A DNA stretch of 64,000 bases from a virus (taxonomy: Duplodnaviria > Caudoviricetes): the IMG/VR virus record IMGVR_UViG_3300028854_000488; one strand, 5' to 3'. The notes beneath the pieces were generated by a model. The model was given only the letters and a program-made list of their open reading frames with translations. It had not been told where the DNA came from and searched no databases. The position numbers and the translations under genes were made by a program. Shown here piece after piece: positions 27,559-37,928 of the stretch (position 1 is the stretch's first letter; each line of letters opens with the position of its first letter).

Positions 27559-28551
27559 GAAATCATTACAATTCAATACACTTAATCCGTTTTTCCATTC
27601 ATCATTAACACCTTCACAGAAACTACATGGAAAATAATTTCCATCTACATTTACATAAGAAGAGTAAACTGAACTCTCACAAGGCTCAATACATTGATCC
27701 ATTTGATCTTTAAATTCTGTAGTTAAAGATTCATCTGATTCCAAATAAGTGAAGAATTTGCGACTGCTGCATGAGTCAAATCCGAACCTAATTTTTTTTG
27801 ATATTGAATATTTGCACAATTCATTAAATTTTTCTTGTGATAATTGAGAAAAACCAGTTTTTGCATTTCCTTTCTGCTTGAGTGACAAAAAAATAATAGC
27901 GTTCATTTTACTAAGTCTTGGATCATTTTGCATATCATTTATAACTTCATATGCTGTATCAATAGTATTTTCCGAAATCATAAAATGTATATTTATTTGA
28001 TCCATTCCACGGTTTGTCAATTCAGATATTGCGTTATAAGTCAACTCTTTATCATATACGCTAATTGCTACTGCTCCGCAATATTTTGCAAGATTATCAA
28101 AATACTCTGATGCCATTCTTGCTCCATTAATTGTAACGTTAGGAATTACAGAATTTTCTCTACAATATTCAAAAATTTTCCACATATCAGGATTACTATC
28201 AATATCTCCAATTCCTGCTGCTAATTGAGTTATTGATGGAGGTAGTTTAGAAAATACTTTTTTGAAAGTTTCAAAATTCATATACTTGCCCTTAGAATTA
28301 TTAGATTTATAACAAAATTTACAAGGTGTTCCAACTCCATGACATGTTGTACTAATCTCCATGTCTATGATCTCTGGTAATGATAAATCAATATCTCCAT
28401 CATCTTCTTCTGTTTTACCCCATCTTGCGAAGTAACCGTTTTTCTTATTGAAGAAGAAATTATAGTTTTCTGATTTTAATATTTTAGCATCATTAGTATC
28501 TACAATTAGTGCGTCTTCTCCGTTAGAGAGTTTTAATTTAGTTTGTTTCAT
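27469..28551 (-). CDS. Radical SAM protein with SPASM/twitch-like C-terminus
   Basis: CHGVGTPCKFC (CX6CX2C); CES...VNVDGNYFPCSFC...CGRDC. Confidence 0.8.
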   Translation of the reverse strand: MKQTKLKLSNGEDALIVDTNDAKILKSENYNFFFNKKNGYFARWGKTEEDDGDIDLSLPEIIDMEISTTCHGVGTPCKFCYKSNNSKGKYMNFETFKKVFSKLPPSITQLAAGIGDIDSNPDMWKIFEYCRENSVIPNVTINGARMASEYFDNLAKYCGAVAISVYDKELTYNAISELTNRGMDQINIHFMISENTIDTAYEVINDMQNDPRLSKMNAIIFLSLKQKGNAKTGFSQLSQEKFNELCKYSISKKIRFGFDSCSSRKFFTYLESDESLTTEFKDQMDQCIEPCESSVYSSYVNVDGNYFPCSFCEGVNDEWKNGLSVLNCNDFLTDIWNNEKTKNFKNNLLSCGRDCPIYKI

Positions 28552-28822
28552 ATTTTTTTAAATTGTTTAATTTTTGTTTTCTTTCAAATTTCAATGATGT
28601 TTCAAATAATCCTATATAATATATTTGATATGGTTCTTCTTTTAATCCAACACGTATAATTGAATTGTCTACTATTGAATTGACTAATTGATCTACAGTA
28701 TAAATTTCATTAAAATTTAATGTTTTTGGTACACCCATTTCTTCAAATATATTTGTAGGTTGTTTAAGTACAATTTTATCACCAATTTTCAAAGATGTTA
28801 TCATTATTATATCATTTAGCAT
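28538..28822 (-). CDS. KOW-like protein with RKxKL tag
   Basis: LKIGDKIV; ends ERKQKLNNL. Confidence 0.6.
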   Translation of the reverse strand: MLNDIIMITSLKIGDKIVLKQPTNIFEEMGVPKTLNFNEIYTVDQLVNSIVDNSIIRVGLKEEPYQIYYIGLFETSLKFERKQKLNNLKKYETN

Positions 28823-29070
28823 TCAAATTTTTCTTTTTCATCTATTTCATTTACATCACAAAAATGAGTTTTTAATACATATAATGCTTTATTAAAATTA
28901 TTTTCAGTAGTATCTATAACATCTTTATATTCTGATGAACTATCAGCAAATAAAATTGTCCAACCATTTTCACCTGCTTGAATTGTTACTGTTAATTGTC
29001 CAACACCAACTTTAAAGCTTTTACTTTTTTTTACCTCACTTGAAGGCATCATTCCAAAAAATCTATTCAT
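28816..29070 (-). CDS. Hypothetical protein
   Basis: ORF in operon. Confidence 0.6.
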   Translation of the reverse strand: MNRFFGMMPSSEVKKSKSFKVGVGQLTVTIQAGENGWTILFADSSSEYKDVIDTTENNFNKALYVLKTHFCDVNEIDEKEKFEC

Positions 29071-29087
29071 ATTATTTATTTTTAAAA

Positions 29088-29507
29088 TTAGTCCATCTCT
29101 GAAATTTCATCTTCTGAAATTTCAATACAATCAATATCTTTTCTACAATCTTCAAGAAAAATATGAATAAATGTTTCATTTTTTCTTGGCATAATACCTC
29201 TTACTATAGTATGTCCATTTTTATTATAATGTTTCCAAATAGGAACATTAAATTTATCAAATTTCCAATCTGATTTTTCATATGATTCAAAAATTATTGG
29301 TTTTAAATCATTTTGTTTTCCTACTCTATTAAATCCATTAGGAAGTCCTAATAATATATGCCCTATTCCAAATATCATAGTTCCTATTACATGTTTTCCA
29401 CATCCAACTCCTGCTATTGTATTAGGTTCAAAACATTTAATGTTTGATCCACATACGCAACCAGGACATTGATATTCTTGAATTGCTAATTTAAATTTTT
29501 TTTCCAT
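29088..29507 (-). CDS. Cys-containing hypothetical protein
   Basis: CPGCVCG...C...GC. Confidence 0.6.
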   Translation of the reverse strand: MEKKFKLAIQEYQCPGCVCGSNIKCFEPNTIAGVGCGKHVIGTMIFGIGHILLGLPNGFNRVGKQNDLKPIIFESYEKSDWKFDKFNVPIWKHYNKNGHTIVRGIMPRKNETFIHIFLEDCRKDIDCIEISEDEISEMD

Positions 29508-29770
29508 TATTTATTTTAATAAATTTTTAATTTTTTCAGGTATTTTGTTATTATTTATTTTTTTTAAATTTTTTATATAATGATCATATGATATTTTTTC
29601 ATCAATACATCTCTTAATTTGATTATAAAATGTATCAATTATTTCATCTGGTATTAGTTCTAAGTAATTATAAATCATAATTTTTAATTATTATCATTGG
29701 GTATAATATTATATATTTCATCTAATAATTTATATAAATCTTTTTCAGTTTTCAATAATTTTTTTTCATA

Positions 29771-30085
29771 TTATTTTTTCACAGCTAAAATTGAACTACC
29801 ACAAGAATTATAAACTTCAATACCAACAAATACTGTATCTTCATATAGAGTAAAATAATCATTACTGCAACCTACTGTATAAATACCGTTAATACCAGTT
29901 TTATAGTAATTAGTTTTATCTATAATAGATGTTTCTTTCCAACTATTATCATGACATTCTTCAACACAATCTGTCATTCCATCAAATGAACTAATATTTT
30001 TTACAAATAGTTTATCACTATTCCTTTTTGCAAAACTTTTTAATGTAGCAAGTGTAATTTTTTTTGTGCCTATTAACTGTTTCAT
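29771..30085 (-). CDS. Hypothetical protein
   Basis: Preceded by TATCTTTG (30109-30116). Confidence 0.6.
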   Translation of the reverse strand: MKQLIGTKKITLATLKSFAKRNSDKLFVKNISSFDGMTDCVEECHDNSWKETSIIDKTNYYKTGINGIYTVGCSNDYFTLYEDTVFVGIEVYNSCGSSILAVKK

Positions 30086-30139
30086 ATTGGTTATGTTTTA
30101 ATTAGATACAAAGATACTAATTATTTATCAGATTAATAG

Positions 30140-30541
30140 TTATTTGACAAAATCTTTAATGATTTTTAATCTTTCTTCATCTGACATAGATTTTTTTATA
30201 TCATAAGAATATTTTTCTGATATTAATCTTAATCTTTCACTTTCAGAATAGTTATATAGATTATCAATATTAGAGCAATCTGTTATAATATTATCATTTT
30301 CATCATAAATGATATAATTATCTTTATTTTTTATTAATATATCATCTATACTATCATATATAAAATCATTTATAATATCATAAAATGTTTCACCATAAAT
30401 AGATTTTAATAAAATATTATTGATTTTATTATAATCTTCTAAAAAATCAAATAAATCTAATCCATTATCATGAATATTATTTTCTTTTTTACCTTTTTCT
30501 ATAGATAATTCTATAAATTTTATGAATGCATTTTTTGTCAT
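30140..30541 (-). CDS. Hypothetical protein
   Basis: ATG 30541 preferred; TATATTTG at 30561-30568. Confidence 0.6.
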   Translation of the reverse strand: MTKNAFIKFIELSIEKGKKENNIHDNGLDLFDFLEDYNKINNILLKSIYGETFYDIINDFIYDSIDDILIKNKDNYIIYDENDNIITDCSNIDNLYNYSESERLRLISEKYSYDIKKSMSDEERLKIIKDFVK

Positions 30542-30607
30542 AATTATGTTATTTAGAGTACAAATATACAAAATAAATTTGGAATAAAAAAATTAATATA
30601 TAAATAT

Positions 30608-31231
30608 ATGAAAATAAAATTTGAAGAATTTATATTAGAATCAAAAAATTATAACCTTTATAAAGGAGTAGGTAATTTAAAACAAATTTTACTTGATGGT
30701 AAAATAAAATTACTAAAAGGTGAATGGGGTTATCAATGGAGTTCAGATATGAGAAGAAATTTAGGAATAAAAGATGAAGTTGGCATATCAGTAACTAGAA
30801 ATTTTTCAACTGCTGTTGGTTATGGTGATGCTGTAATAGAATTTGATACTCAAAAATTGAGTGATAAATATAAAATTATTCCAATAATAGAAAATTTAGA
30901 CTATTATTTGAATTTACCAAAAGAAAAAACTAAAAAATTATCAATATCAAAACAACTTAGATTAAAAGAATTTGGTAAAGAATATTGGAACATCAAAACA
31001 AATAAAGATGCATTCGATTTTGGTATTGCAGAAGAGATAATAGTATCAAATGAAGTTTCAATAAAATATATAAAAAAAGTATATATTATTTATAGTAATA
31101 GAGATATAACAAAAAAAATTGAATTGCTAAAATTGAATAATATTCCTTACGAAATAATATCAAAAGATGATAAATATTTATCTAACGTTAAATATAGAAA
31201 AAATAAGATTAATACTTATTCACAGATGTGA
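30608..31231 (+). CDS. Putative ADP-ribosyltransferase-fold protein with CTS-like N-terminus
   Basis: MKIKFEEFILE; LYKG...ISVTRN...AEEII order resembles the ART catalytic strands. Confidence 0.4.
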   Translation: MKIKFEEFILESKNYNLYKGVGNLKQILLDGKIKLLKGEWGYQWSSDMRRNLGIKDEVGISVTRNFSTAVGYGDAVIEFDTQKLSDKYKIIPIIENLDYYLNLPKEKTKKLSISKQLRLKEFGKEYWNIKTNKDAFDFGIAEEIIVSNEVSIKYIKKVYIIYSNRDITKKIELLKLNNIPYEIISKDDKYLSNVKYRKNKINTYSQM

Positions 31232-31406
31232 TATTATTATCTTTAAATTCTATTTCTAAATTATTTGAGAATATTTCTACAACCTCATCATCTTTCATAT
31301 AAACATAATCTTCACTTGAAGGCAGCCAACCATTTAAAGATTCATTTAATCTACAAGATTTTTTTAATCTTAATTGTAAAATTTCGTCCAATTCTTTAAA
31401 TTTCAT
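31209..31406 (-). CDS. Hypothetical protein
   Basis: TATCTTTG at 31437-31444 upstream. Confidence 0.5.
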   Translation of the reverse strand: MKFKELDEILQLRLKKSCRLNESLNGWLPSSEDYVYMKDDEVVEIFSNNLEIEFKDNNITSVNKY

Positions 31407-31801
31407 ATCATTTATATTTATATAAGTTTATAAATACAAAGATACTACATTATTAATCATATGTCAATAATATAAAGTATATTTTCAATTATTTATATAT
31501 TTTTAACTTATTATCATAATTTGCTGATTATAAGTACATTAAAATAAAAATAAACTAATTATTTAATTTTTACTATATAACAATGAGAATAATTTAATTT
31601 TAGTAATAAAGAATTACTATATAATAACATAACTAATAATTATAAATCAAATTAGATAACCTAATTTTATAATTAATTGATGAATTAATCCGCTGATTTT
31701 CTTACTGTAAATCCTATCTTATAAGCGGAATTTATTACCATTTGGATATATTTATTTTTATCCTATTTACTGATTCATCAATAAAAAAACAATTTAAAGA
31801 C

Positions 31802-32272
31802 ATGAGAAAAATTTTACTAGGCATAATAATGCTATTCGCTTTTAGTGTATATTCAAATACTCAAAACATTACAACAAGATTTATTGATAAATATAATGCA
31901 TTAACTATATCATTAAGCAACGAATATAAAATCCCTGCTAGCGTAATTCTTTCAATTTCAATATGGGAAAGTGGTTCTGGAACAAGTAAATTGAGTAGAA
32001 CTAAACATAATTATTTTGGAGTTAAACAAGGAAAACATTATAGAAGTTATGAAAATGATTCTATATCATTTAGGCATTTTTGTGAGTTTACTTCAAAAAG
32101 AAAATATTATTCTAAATTAATAAATAATAATGTTACAGATTATAATATATGGGTACATAACATTCAAAGAGGTGGATATTCGCAAACAAAAAATTGGGGT
32201 AAACATATCGTTGACATGATTAAAATATACAATTTAAATAAAATTGATAATCAATATGTTTTTATTGATTAA
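31802..32272 (+). CDS. Glucosaminidase (GH73/FlgJ-like) muralytic enzyme with signal peptide
   Basis: MRKILLGIIMLFAFSVYS signal; IPASVILS...WESG.G.S.L....NYFGVK...GGYS. Confidence 0.75.
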   Translation: MRKILLGIIMLFAFSVYSNTQNITTRFIDKYNALTISLSNEYKIPASVILSISIWESGSGTSKLSRTKHNYFGVKQGKHYRSYENDSISFRHFCEFTSKRKYYSKLINNNVTDYNIWVHNIQRGGYSQTKNWGKHIVDMIKIYNLNKIDNQYVFID

Positions 32273-32409
32273 TTTGAAAATTATTTAATTTATTGAGTTT
32301 TTCAATTCTATCATCTTTCAATTTTTTTCTTTCTGCTTCTCTATCATATTTATATGATAGTTTTGCGTTTGAAAAACTTGGATCTGCTACTAAATCATAA
32401 GTAAATAGT

Positions 32410-32721
32410 TTATTTAAAATTATTTTCAATTGATTTTAATTTCTTTTTTCTTAAATGCTTAACATATTCATTTGGAAAATTATCATAGTCTAATACAGGT
32501 TTATCAGATGCTTTTTTTATCATATCTAATTGCCATTGTATAGATTCTATTGGATCCTCACATTCACTTTCATATGAAAAAATGTTTATTGAATTTTCTG
32601 TACAAGATTCAGGTATATCACTTTCATCATTGTAATATACTTCATAAACACCAAATTCGACTTCAGAGTCAAAATCTGTTACCATTCTTTTTGCTAAAAT
32701 TCTATAATTCCAATACGACAT
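32410..32721 (-). CDS. Hypothetical protein with RKxKL tag
   Basis: WNYRI...FGVYEVYY; ends LRKKKLKSI. Confidence 0.65.
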   Translation of the reverse strand: MSYWNYRILAKRMVTDFDSEVEFGVYEVYYNDESDIPESCTENSINIFSYESECEDPIESIQWQLDMIKKASDKPVLDYDNFPNEYVKHLRKKKLKSIENNFK

Positions 32722-32757
32722 AATATATTTATATCACATGATAAAAAAAAGTTTAAT

Positions 32758-32787
32758 AAAAAAGTCAGAATAATTATTCTGACTTTT
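32758..32787. terminator. Perfect palindrome, probable terminator
   Basis: AAAAGTCAGAATAATTATTCTGACTTTT. Confidence 0.7.
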
Positions 32788-34231
32788 CTATTGTATCTAA
32801 TTTAATTAATTTGTTTGTTTTTATAGCTGATCGTATGTCAAACTTATCAGAATGACAACCATTTTGAAATGGTACTTTTTTTCTCCATAAGAATTCGTCT
32901 GATATAATATTTTCAAATGATTTTCTCAAAATATACTTCAAGTGTTTTCCTTTACCGTTATTTTCATCACGATATTTTGGAGGTATTCTTAAACAAAAAT
33001 TCACAAAATTATAATCAGCAAATGGAGTTCTTGCTTCAATTGTACCTCCATACATCATAGATTTATTTAATGTACTCAGATTTTTATGATTTACATTTTT
33101 AACTAATGATATTCTTCTGTTATGATATTTTGTTTCATCATTCCAGCACCACCTTTTAACATCATCATATGATCCAAATATTTCATCACTAACATCTCCA
33201 CCAAATACTACTTTAAATCCTCTATTTGATATTTCTTTAGCTAATAATATTTGTGCAATAGCAAATGATAATTGAATATAATTTTCACTTTCTATCGCAT
33301 AAATTGTTTCTTGCAATTTTTCTTTCATTACATCAAATGGAATATCAATAATAACTAATTTTATATTATTTTCTTCTGAGAATTTTTTTGCAAAATATAA
33401 ATCATCTTTTAATATTTTTTTTGAATTTGTGGTGCCAGATATATTTATAACAAAACTTGTAATATTTTGTATTCTTTTAGATAATAAATATGTTATTAAT
33501 GTAGAATCTATTCCACCACTTAATATTGTGCATATGGGTACATCTGATACTAATTCATTATCAATAGCGGCATTTAGTAATCTTCTTATATTCGTTGTAT
33601 AATAATTTTCACCTTTGTCAATTTTGTCATAATTAATATTATCAAATGTAAAATATTTTGACATTTTTAATTCATTAGTATCTAAAAAATATTCTAATAC
33701 TGTACCAGGCTGAACATCACAAATATTATCATTGGTATCAAAACATTTTTTTTCACTGGCAAATATCAGTTTACTATCATACTTATAATGAAATGGTAAT
33801 CTTCCAATATAATCCCTACCTAAAACCAATTTATTTTTAATTTTATCCAAGATACAAAAACAAAACATACCGTCTAATGATGACATAAATTTTATTAAAT
33901 CGTCAGAATATTCTATATAAATTAATAATAATAATTCTACATCTGATTTATAATTATTAATATTGTATTTTTTTCTCAAATATGAAAAGTTATCAATAGT
34001 TCTATTAAATAATTCACCGTTAAAAACAATAACATAATTATCATCTTTACTATGAAATGGCTGATTTGAATAATCTGACAAATCAACAATAGATAATCTA
34101 TTATGACCCATAAATATATTTTTATATTCGTATATTTCTTGATAATCTCTTCCTCTGTGCTTAATTTTATCTAATGATATCTGAATATCTTCTTTAGATC
34201 CGAAACCATTTCCACCTACAATTCCACACAT
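32774..34231 (-). CDS. asnB: Asparagine synthase (glutamine-hydrolysing) family amidotransferase
   Basis: MCGI Ntn start, KHRG, GHNRLSIVD, FNGE, LSGGIDS, GGDVSDEIFG, EARTPF. Confidence 0.85.
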   Translation of the reverse strand: MCGIVGGNGFGSKEDIQISLDKIKHRGRDYQEIYEYKNIFMGHNRLSIVDLSDYSNQPFHSKDDNYVIVFNGELFNRTIDNFSYLRKKYNINNYKSDVELLLLIYIEYSDDLIKFMSSLDGMFCFCILDKIKNKLVLGRDYIGRLPFHYKYDSKLIFASEKKCFDTNDNICDVQPGTVLEYFLDTNELKMSKYFTFDNINYDKIDKGENYYTTNIRRLLNAAIDNELVSDVPICTILSGGIDSTLITYLLSKRIQNITSFVINISGTTNSKKILKDDLYFAKKFSEENNIKLVIIDIPFDVMKEKLQETIYAIESENYIQLSFAIAQILLAKEISNRGFKVVFGGDVSDEIFGSYDDVKRWCWNDETKYHNRRISLVKNVNHKNLSTLNKSMMYGGTIEARTPFADYNFVNFCLRIPPKYRDENNGKGKHLKYILRKSFENIISDEFLWRKKVPFQNGCHSDKFDIRSAIKTNKLIKLDTIEKSE

Positions 34232-34398
34232 AAATTTAGTTTGTTTAATTTATTTCTTCTTGTAACATTCTTTATTGCTATATCAATAAGCTTGTTTGTG
34301 ATATCTTTTTTATAATATCTGAAATAATAATCTCGTTTAAGTAATTCTAATTGAGATATACTAGCTGTCATTAATTTATTAAGAATACCATCTTCCAT
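34216..34398 (-). CDS. Small protein with RKxKL-like tag
   Basis: Ends TRRNKLNKLNL. Confidence 0.55.
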   Translation of the reverse strand: MEDGILNKLMTASISQLELLKRDYYFRYYKKDITNKLIDIAIKNVTRRNKLNKLNLCVEL

Positions 34399-34521
34399 TT
34401 TTTTTATATAATAGCATTTCTCCTACTACCTGAATATCTTTATATTTTAAAGTAAGTTCAGTAATTAATTCTAATTCTTCACAAGAATTATTTAACATTT
34501 TAATTAACTCTTCCATATTTT

Positions 34522-35034
34522 CTACATTATTTTTTTACTTAATTTATTAAATATTGGAGAACAGTGTTTTAATTTGCACCATTGAACAGATTTAAATGTT
34601 TTTATGTCGTATAATCTACCTGTATCCTCACCATTATATGAAATGTCATGATAATATGCCTTACCCCAATGATAGACAAGGATCATCTCTGCTTTATAAC
34701 CAAAATATTCAGATTGAATTATGTGATGATATGGTATTTCTTTTCCAAGGATATAATTAGCAGATAAATTACCATCCTTAAATTCAAAGTTATCTAAACT
34801 CTGATATTCACTTCCTTCAAATATCCAAGTTTCTTTAATGCTATTGAAATAAATATTCATTAATCTACTAAACTCTTGAGTATTAATAATCTTAACATTA
34901 AAAAGCATAAATTCATTAAATGATAATCTTTTATCTACTTTTTTTATATCATTTCTTATAGAATATGTATCAGTATCTCTATTATATTGTATTAATTTAC
35001 CACACTCTGATTTATAATATACTTTTTTATTCAT
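34522..35034 (-). CDS. Hypothetical protein
   Basis: 170-aa ORF. Confidence 0.6.
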   Translation of the reverse strand: MNKKVYYKSECGKLIQYNRDTDTYSIRNDIKKVDKRLSFNEFMLFNVKIINTQEFSRLMNIYFNSIKETWIFEGSEYQSLDNFEFKDGNLSANYILGKEIPYHHIIQSEYFGYKAEMILVYHWGKAYYHDISYNGEDTGRLYDIKTFKSVQWCKLKHCSPIFNKLSKKIM

Positions 35035-35036
35035 GT

Positions 35037-35372
35037 TTATTTTTTAAGAGTTAGTAGATAATATTTATCTTTATTAATCATAGATTTATATGTTAATTCA
35101 GATTTACATTGATAATTTCCAGAAGGTAACATCATCAATATATCCTGTTCTTCAATAGGCAAATCAAGTTGCTCATAATCACCATCTAAGAACACTGGAA
35201 TATCAAATTTTGCTAATTCTTCTGCATCATTATCAATATAAGCTCCTACTCCTTTAGGTAAATAATTACTTAATTCTCCTAAATTTATATTATCAGTTGA
35301 TATTAATAATTCACTTTCACTTGAAGAGAACATTCCATAAGGATGAGTTGTAGTAAATCTTAATTGCTTCAT
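35037..35372 (-). CDS. Hypothetical protein
   Basis: 111-aa ORF. Confidence 0.6.
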   Translation of the reverse strand: MKQLRFTTTHPYGMFSSSESELLISTDNINLGELSNYLPKGVGAYIDNDAEELAKFDIPVFLDGDYEQLDLPIEEQDILMMLPSGNYQCKSELTYKSMINKDKYYLLTLKK

Positions 35373-35501
35373 AAATATATTATTTTTTTTATATTATTTC
35401 TAATCTATAAGCTTTTCCTTCATTATTATCTTCACATTTACTATCATATTCAAATTTATCAAAGTTTTTTATGATAAATTTCTTACATTTAGTTTTTCTC
35501 A

Positions 35502-35879
35502 TTATTCTATTTTTAAATTACCAAAAATATCTTTATTAAAATATATAATTTCTTGTAGCTGTTTTGTTCTTGATTCCATTTTAATGTTATTTAAATAAAA
35601 TTGAGCAACATTATTTAAATCTATAACAATTAAGTGTGTATATAGTAAATCAATTCTCATTTCTTCTATACTTATACTACCAACCTTATGATTTATAATA
35701 CTATCAGATAACAATTTAATAATAGCAAATTCTCCACAAATTGACTTAATTAATATAGAAAGTGCAGAATTGTACACTTTTTCTTTGTTACATCTTGTGA
35801 TTATAGCATCAGCTTTTTCTCTAAATAATTCTAATACTGATTTGAAATTACCAATTGGTTTAATATCTTCAATTTTCAT
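35502..35879 (-). CDS. Hypothetical protein
   Basis: 125-aa ORF. Confidence 0.6.
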   Translation of the reverse strand: MKIEDIKPIGNFKSVLELFREKADAIITRCNKEKVYNSALSILIKSICGEFAIIKLLSDSIINHKVGSISIEEMRIDLLYTHLIVIDLNNVAQFYLNNIKMESRTKQLQEIIYFNKDIFGNLKIE

Positions 35880-35881
35880 TA

Positions 35882-36388
35882 TTAATGATTTAATTTTGAA
35901 TCATATTCCATTCCAATTGATATTAACCAATCATTAGCAGATTCAATTGTAGTAAAATGAATTGTTTCAAATATATTCTCCTCTATACAATCCCAATATC
36001 TATTAAAATCTGAATTATTAACATTTTCAATATCATCATATGATTCATCTTCTTCTTTATAATCAATAACACAAGTAACGACATCATCTTCAATATAACA
36101 TAAAAATACAGCTTCATCAGGATTTATAGTGCTCCTATTTCTATTTTTATATTTTTTTTCAATTCTATCATTTTTTATTGACATAACTTCATTATCATTA
36201 ATATCAGTAACTAATGGAGTCCATATTTCAGTACCATTAATTACTGTCACAAATGCTTCATAACCATCTTTATTTTTGAATCTATAATGCGTAACTACGT
36301 TATTATCAGGTTGTTCTACTACAAATTCCCAATCTATAATACCAAAATCTTCTTCTATTTTTTTCTTACAACGTTCTAATATGTTCAT
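35882..36388 (-). CDS. Hypothetical protein
   Basis: 168-aa ORF. Confidence 0.6.
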   Translation of the reverse strand: MNILERCKKKIEEDFGIIDWEFVVEQPDNNVVTHYRFKNKDGYEAFVTVINGTEIWTPLVTDINDNEVMSIKNDRIEKKYKNRNRSTINPDEAVFLCYIEDDVVTCVIDYKEEDESYDDIENVNNSDFNRYWDCIEENIFETIHFTTIESANDWLISIGMEYDSKLNH

Positions 36389-36611
36389 TATTATTTATTT
36401 TTTTAGATTCGATTTCTTTTTCTTTTTTCTTTACTTCTTCAATATTTTTATTCATATTTTGAATAATAGAACGAATTTCTTCTTCTTTCTGTTCAGATCC
36501 ACTAAGATGACTATATTCATCATATCTAAAATTATATTTAGGATGATAAATTTTAGCAATACTATTCAATGCTTCATTCTTATACTGTTGTATGATTTGA
36601 TTTTTTGTCAT
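36366..36611 (-). CDS. Hypothetical protein
   Basis: 81-aa ORF. Confidence 0.55.
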   Translation of the reverse strand: MTKNQIIQQYKNEALNSIAKIYHPKYNFRYDEYSHLSGSEQKEEEIRSIIQNMNKNIEEVKKKEKEIESKKINNNEHIRTL

Positions 36612-36899
36612 GATTTTATATTTTATATTGTTTATAACTTAAGCCCAGAAATTTCAATCACAATATCTTCTTTTAATTTACCAGTACAAATTGCAAGAAC
36701 TTCACTAATTTCAAAAATTGAAATTCTATCGACATCTTCTTGATTTTTGCTTGATCTAACAAATGCTCTTGCATTGTTTATCATCATTTTATAATACGGA
36801 TTTTCCATTTGATTTAGTTTTATAATTTTGATACAAAGATATATAAAAAAATCCAGAACTAATCTGGATTTATTGTTTATTTAAAAAGATTAATATTAT

Positions 36900-37142
36900 T
36901 TAACTTATTTCATATTCACTTTTTATTTTTAATAACTTAAGTTTTCTCTGTTCTTGAAGTGTACAGAAATATTCATAGAAATTAGGATAATCTCCTACAA
37001 ATTTAGTTTTATTAAGAGAAAATATTCCAAAATTATACAAATAAACTATATAATCATCATAAAATATAATATAATAATATTCACCTTCAATATAATTATT
37101 ATATGCCTTTTTACAAATATATTTTGTATTTTTATTTAACAT
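36900..37142 (-). CDS. Small protein with RKxKL tag
   Basis: Ends QRKLKLLKIK; TATCTTTG at 37192-37199. Confidence 0.6.
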   Translation of the reverse strand: MLNKNTKYICKKAYNNYIEGEYYYIIFYDDYIVYLYNFGIFSLNKTKFVGDYPNFYEYFCTLQEQRKLKLLKIKSEYEIS

Positions 37143-37268
37143 TATTTATATTTTTAAATTGAAGCATCATTTTCATGATTTTTAATTTTTACAAAGATAA
37201 TGAAATTATTTGATATTACAAAAAAATAATAAATATTTTTATATATAGTAGAAATAAATATTTTAAAT

Positions 37269-37928
37269 ATGAGTAGAATTAATAAATTTGATGAGTTTGT
37301 AAATGAGTATAATTATAAATTTGATGATTCAGAATTTTATGATTCAGAATTTGATGACCCTGAATTCTATGACCCTGATTATGATGACTCTGTATTTGAT
37401 GACCCAACAATGGGTGGTTTAAGTATTGATACTTTACAAATTGCCGCAGATAAATATAAAACAAAAGAAGAATTTATTAAAAATGATCCAAGAGCTTATG
37501 ATATTGCTCTTAAAAGTAATTTATTAGATTACTTATTCAATAAACAATCTAAACAAGTGCCAAAAGGATATTGGACAGAAGAAAACCTTCAAAAAGAAGC
37601 TGATAAATATGAATTACGAAATGATTTCAAAGATAATAATGCTTCAGCATATAATATTGCTTGTGATAAAGACATATTAGATAAATTGTTTAACGATCAT
37701 GAGAATCAAGGATATGCGGAAAAACATAATCCTAATAAAGTTTTTACGAAAAAACAATTACAAAATATAGTAAATAAATATAAAACACGAAGAGAATTTC
37801 AAAAAAATGATTCAGAAGCATATTCTAATGCTGTTAGAAATAGTTTACTAGATGAATTGTTCAAAGATAAACCAAACCAAGGATATAAAGGAAATCAAAG
37901 ACAAAATAATAAAAATGACATCAGATGA
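37269..37928 (+). CDS. Nuclease-less WT.E.LQ.EA.KY repeat protein with CTS-like N-terminus
   Basis: MSRINKFDEFVNE; acidic DDPEFY repeats; three repeats as in the GIY-YIG proteins; no GIY-YIG core. Confidence 0.65.
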   Translation: MSRINKFDEFVNEYNYKFDDSEFYDSEFDDPEFYDPDYDDSVFDDPTMGGLSIDTLQIAADKYKTKEEFIKNDPRAYDIALKSNLLDYLFNKQSKQVPKGYWTEENLQKEADKYELRNDFKDNNASAYNIACDKDILDKLFNDHENQGYAEKHNPNKVFTKKQLQNIVNKYKTRREFQKNDSEAYSNAVRNSLLDELFKDKPNQGYKGNQRQNNKNDIR

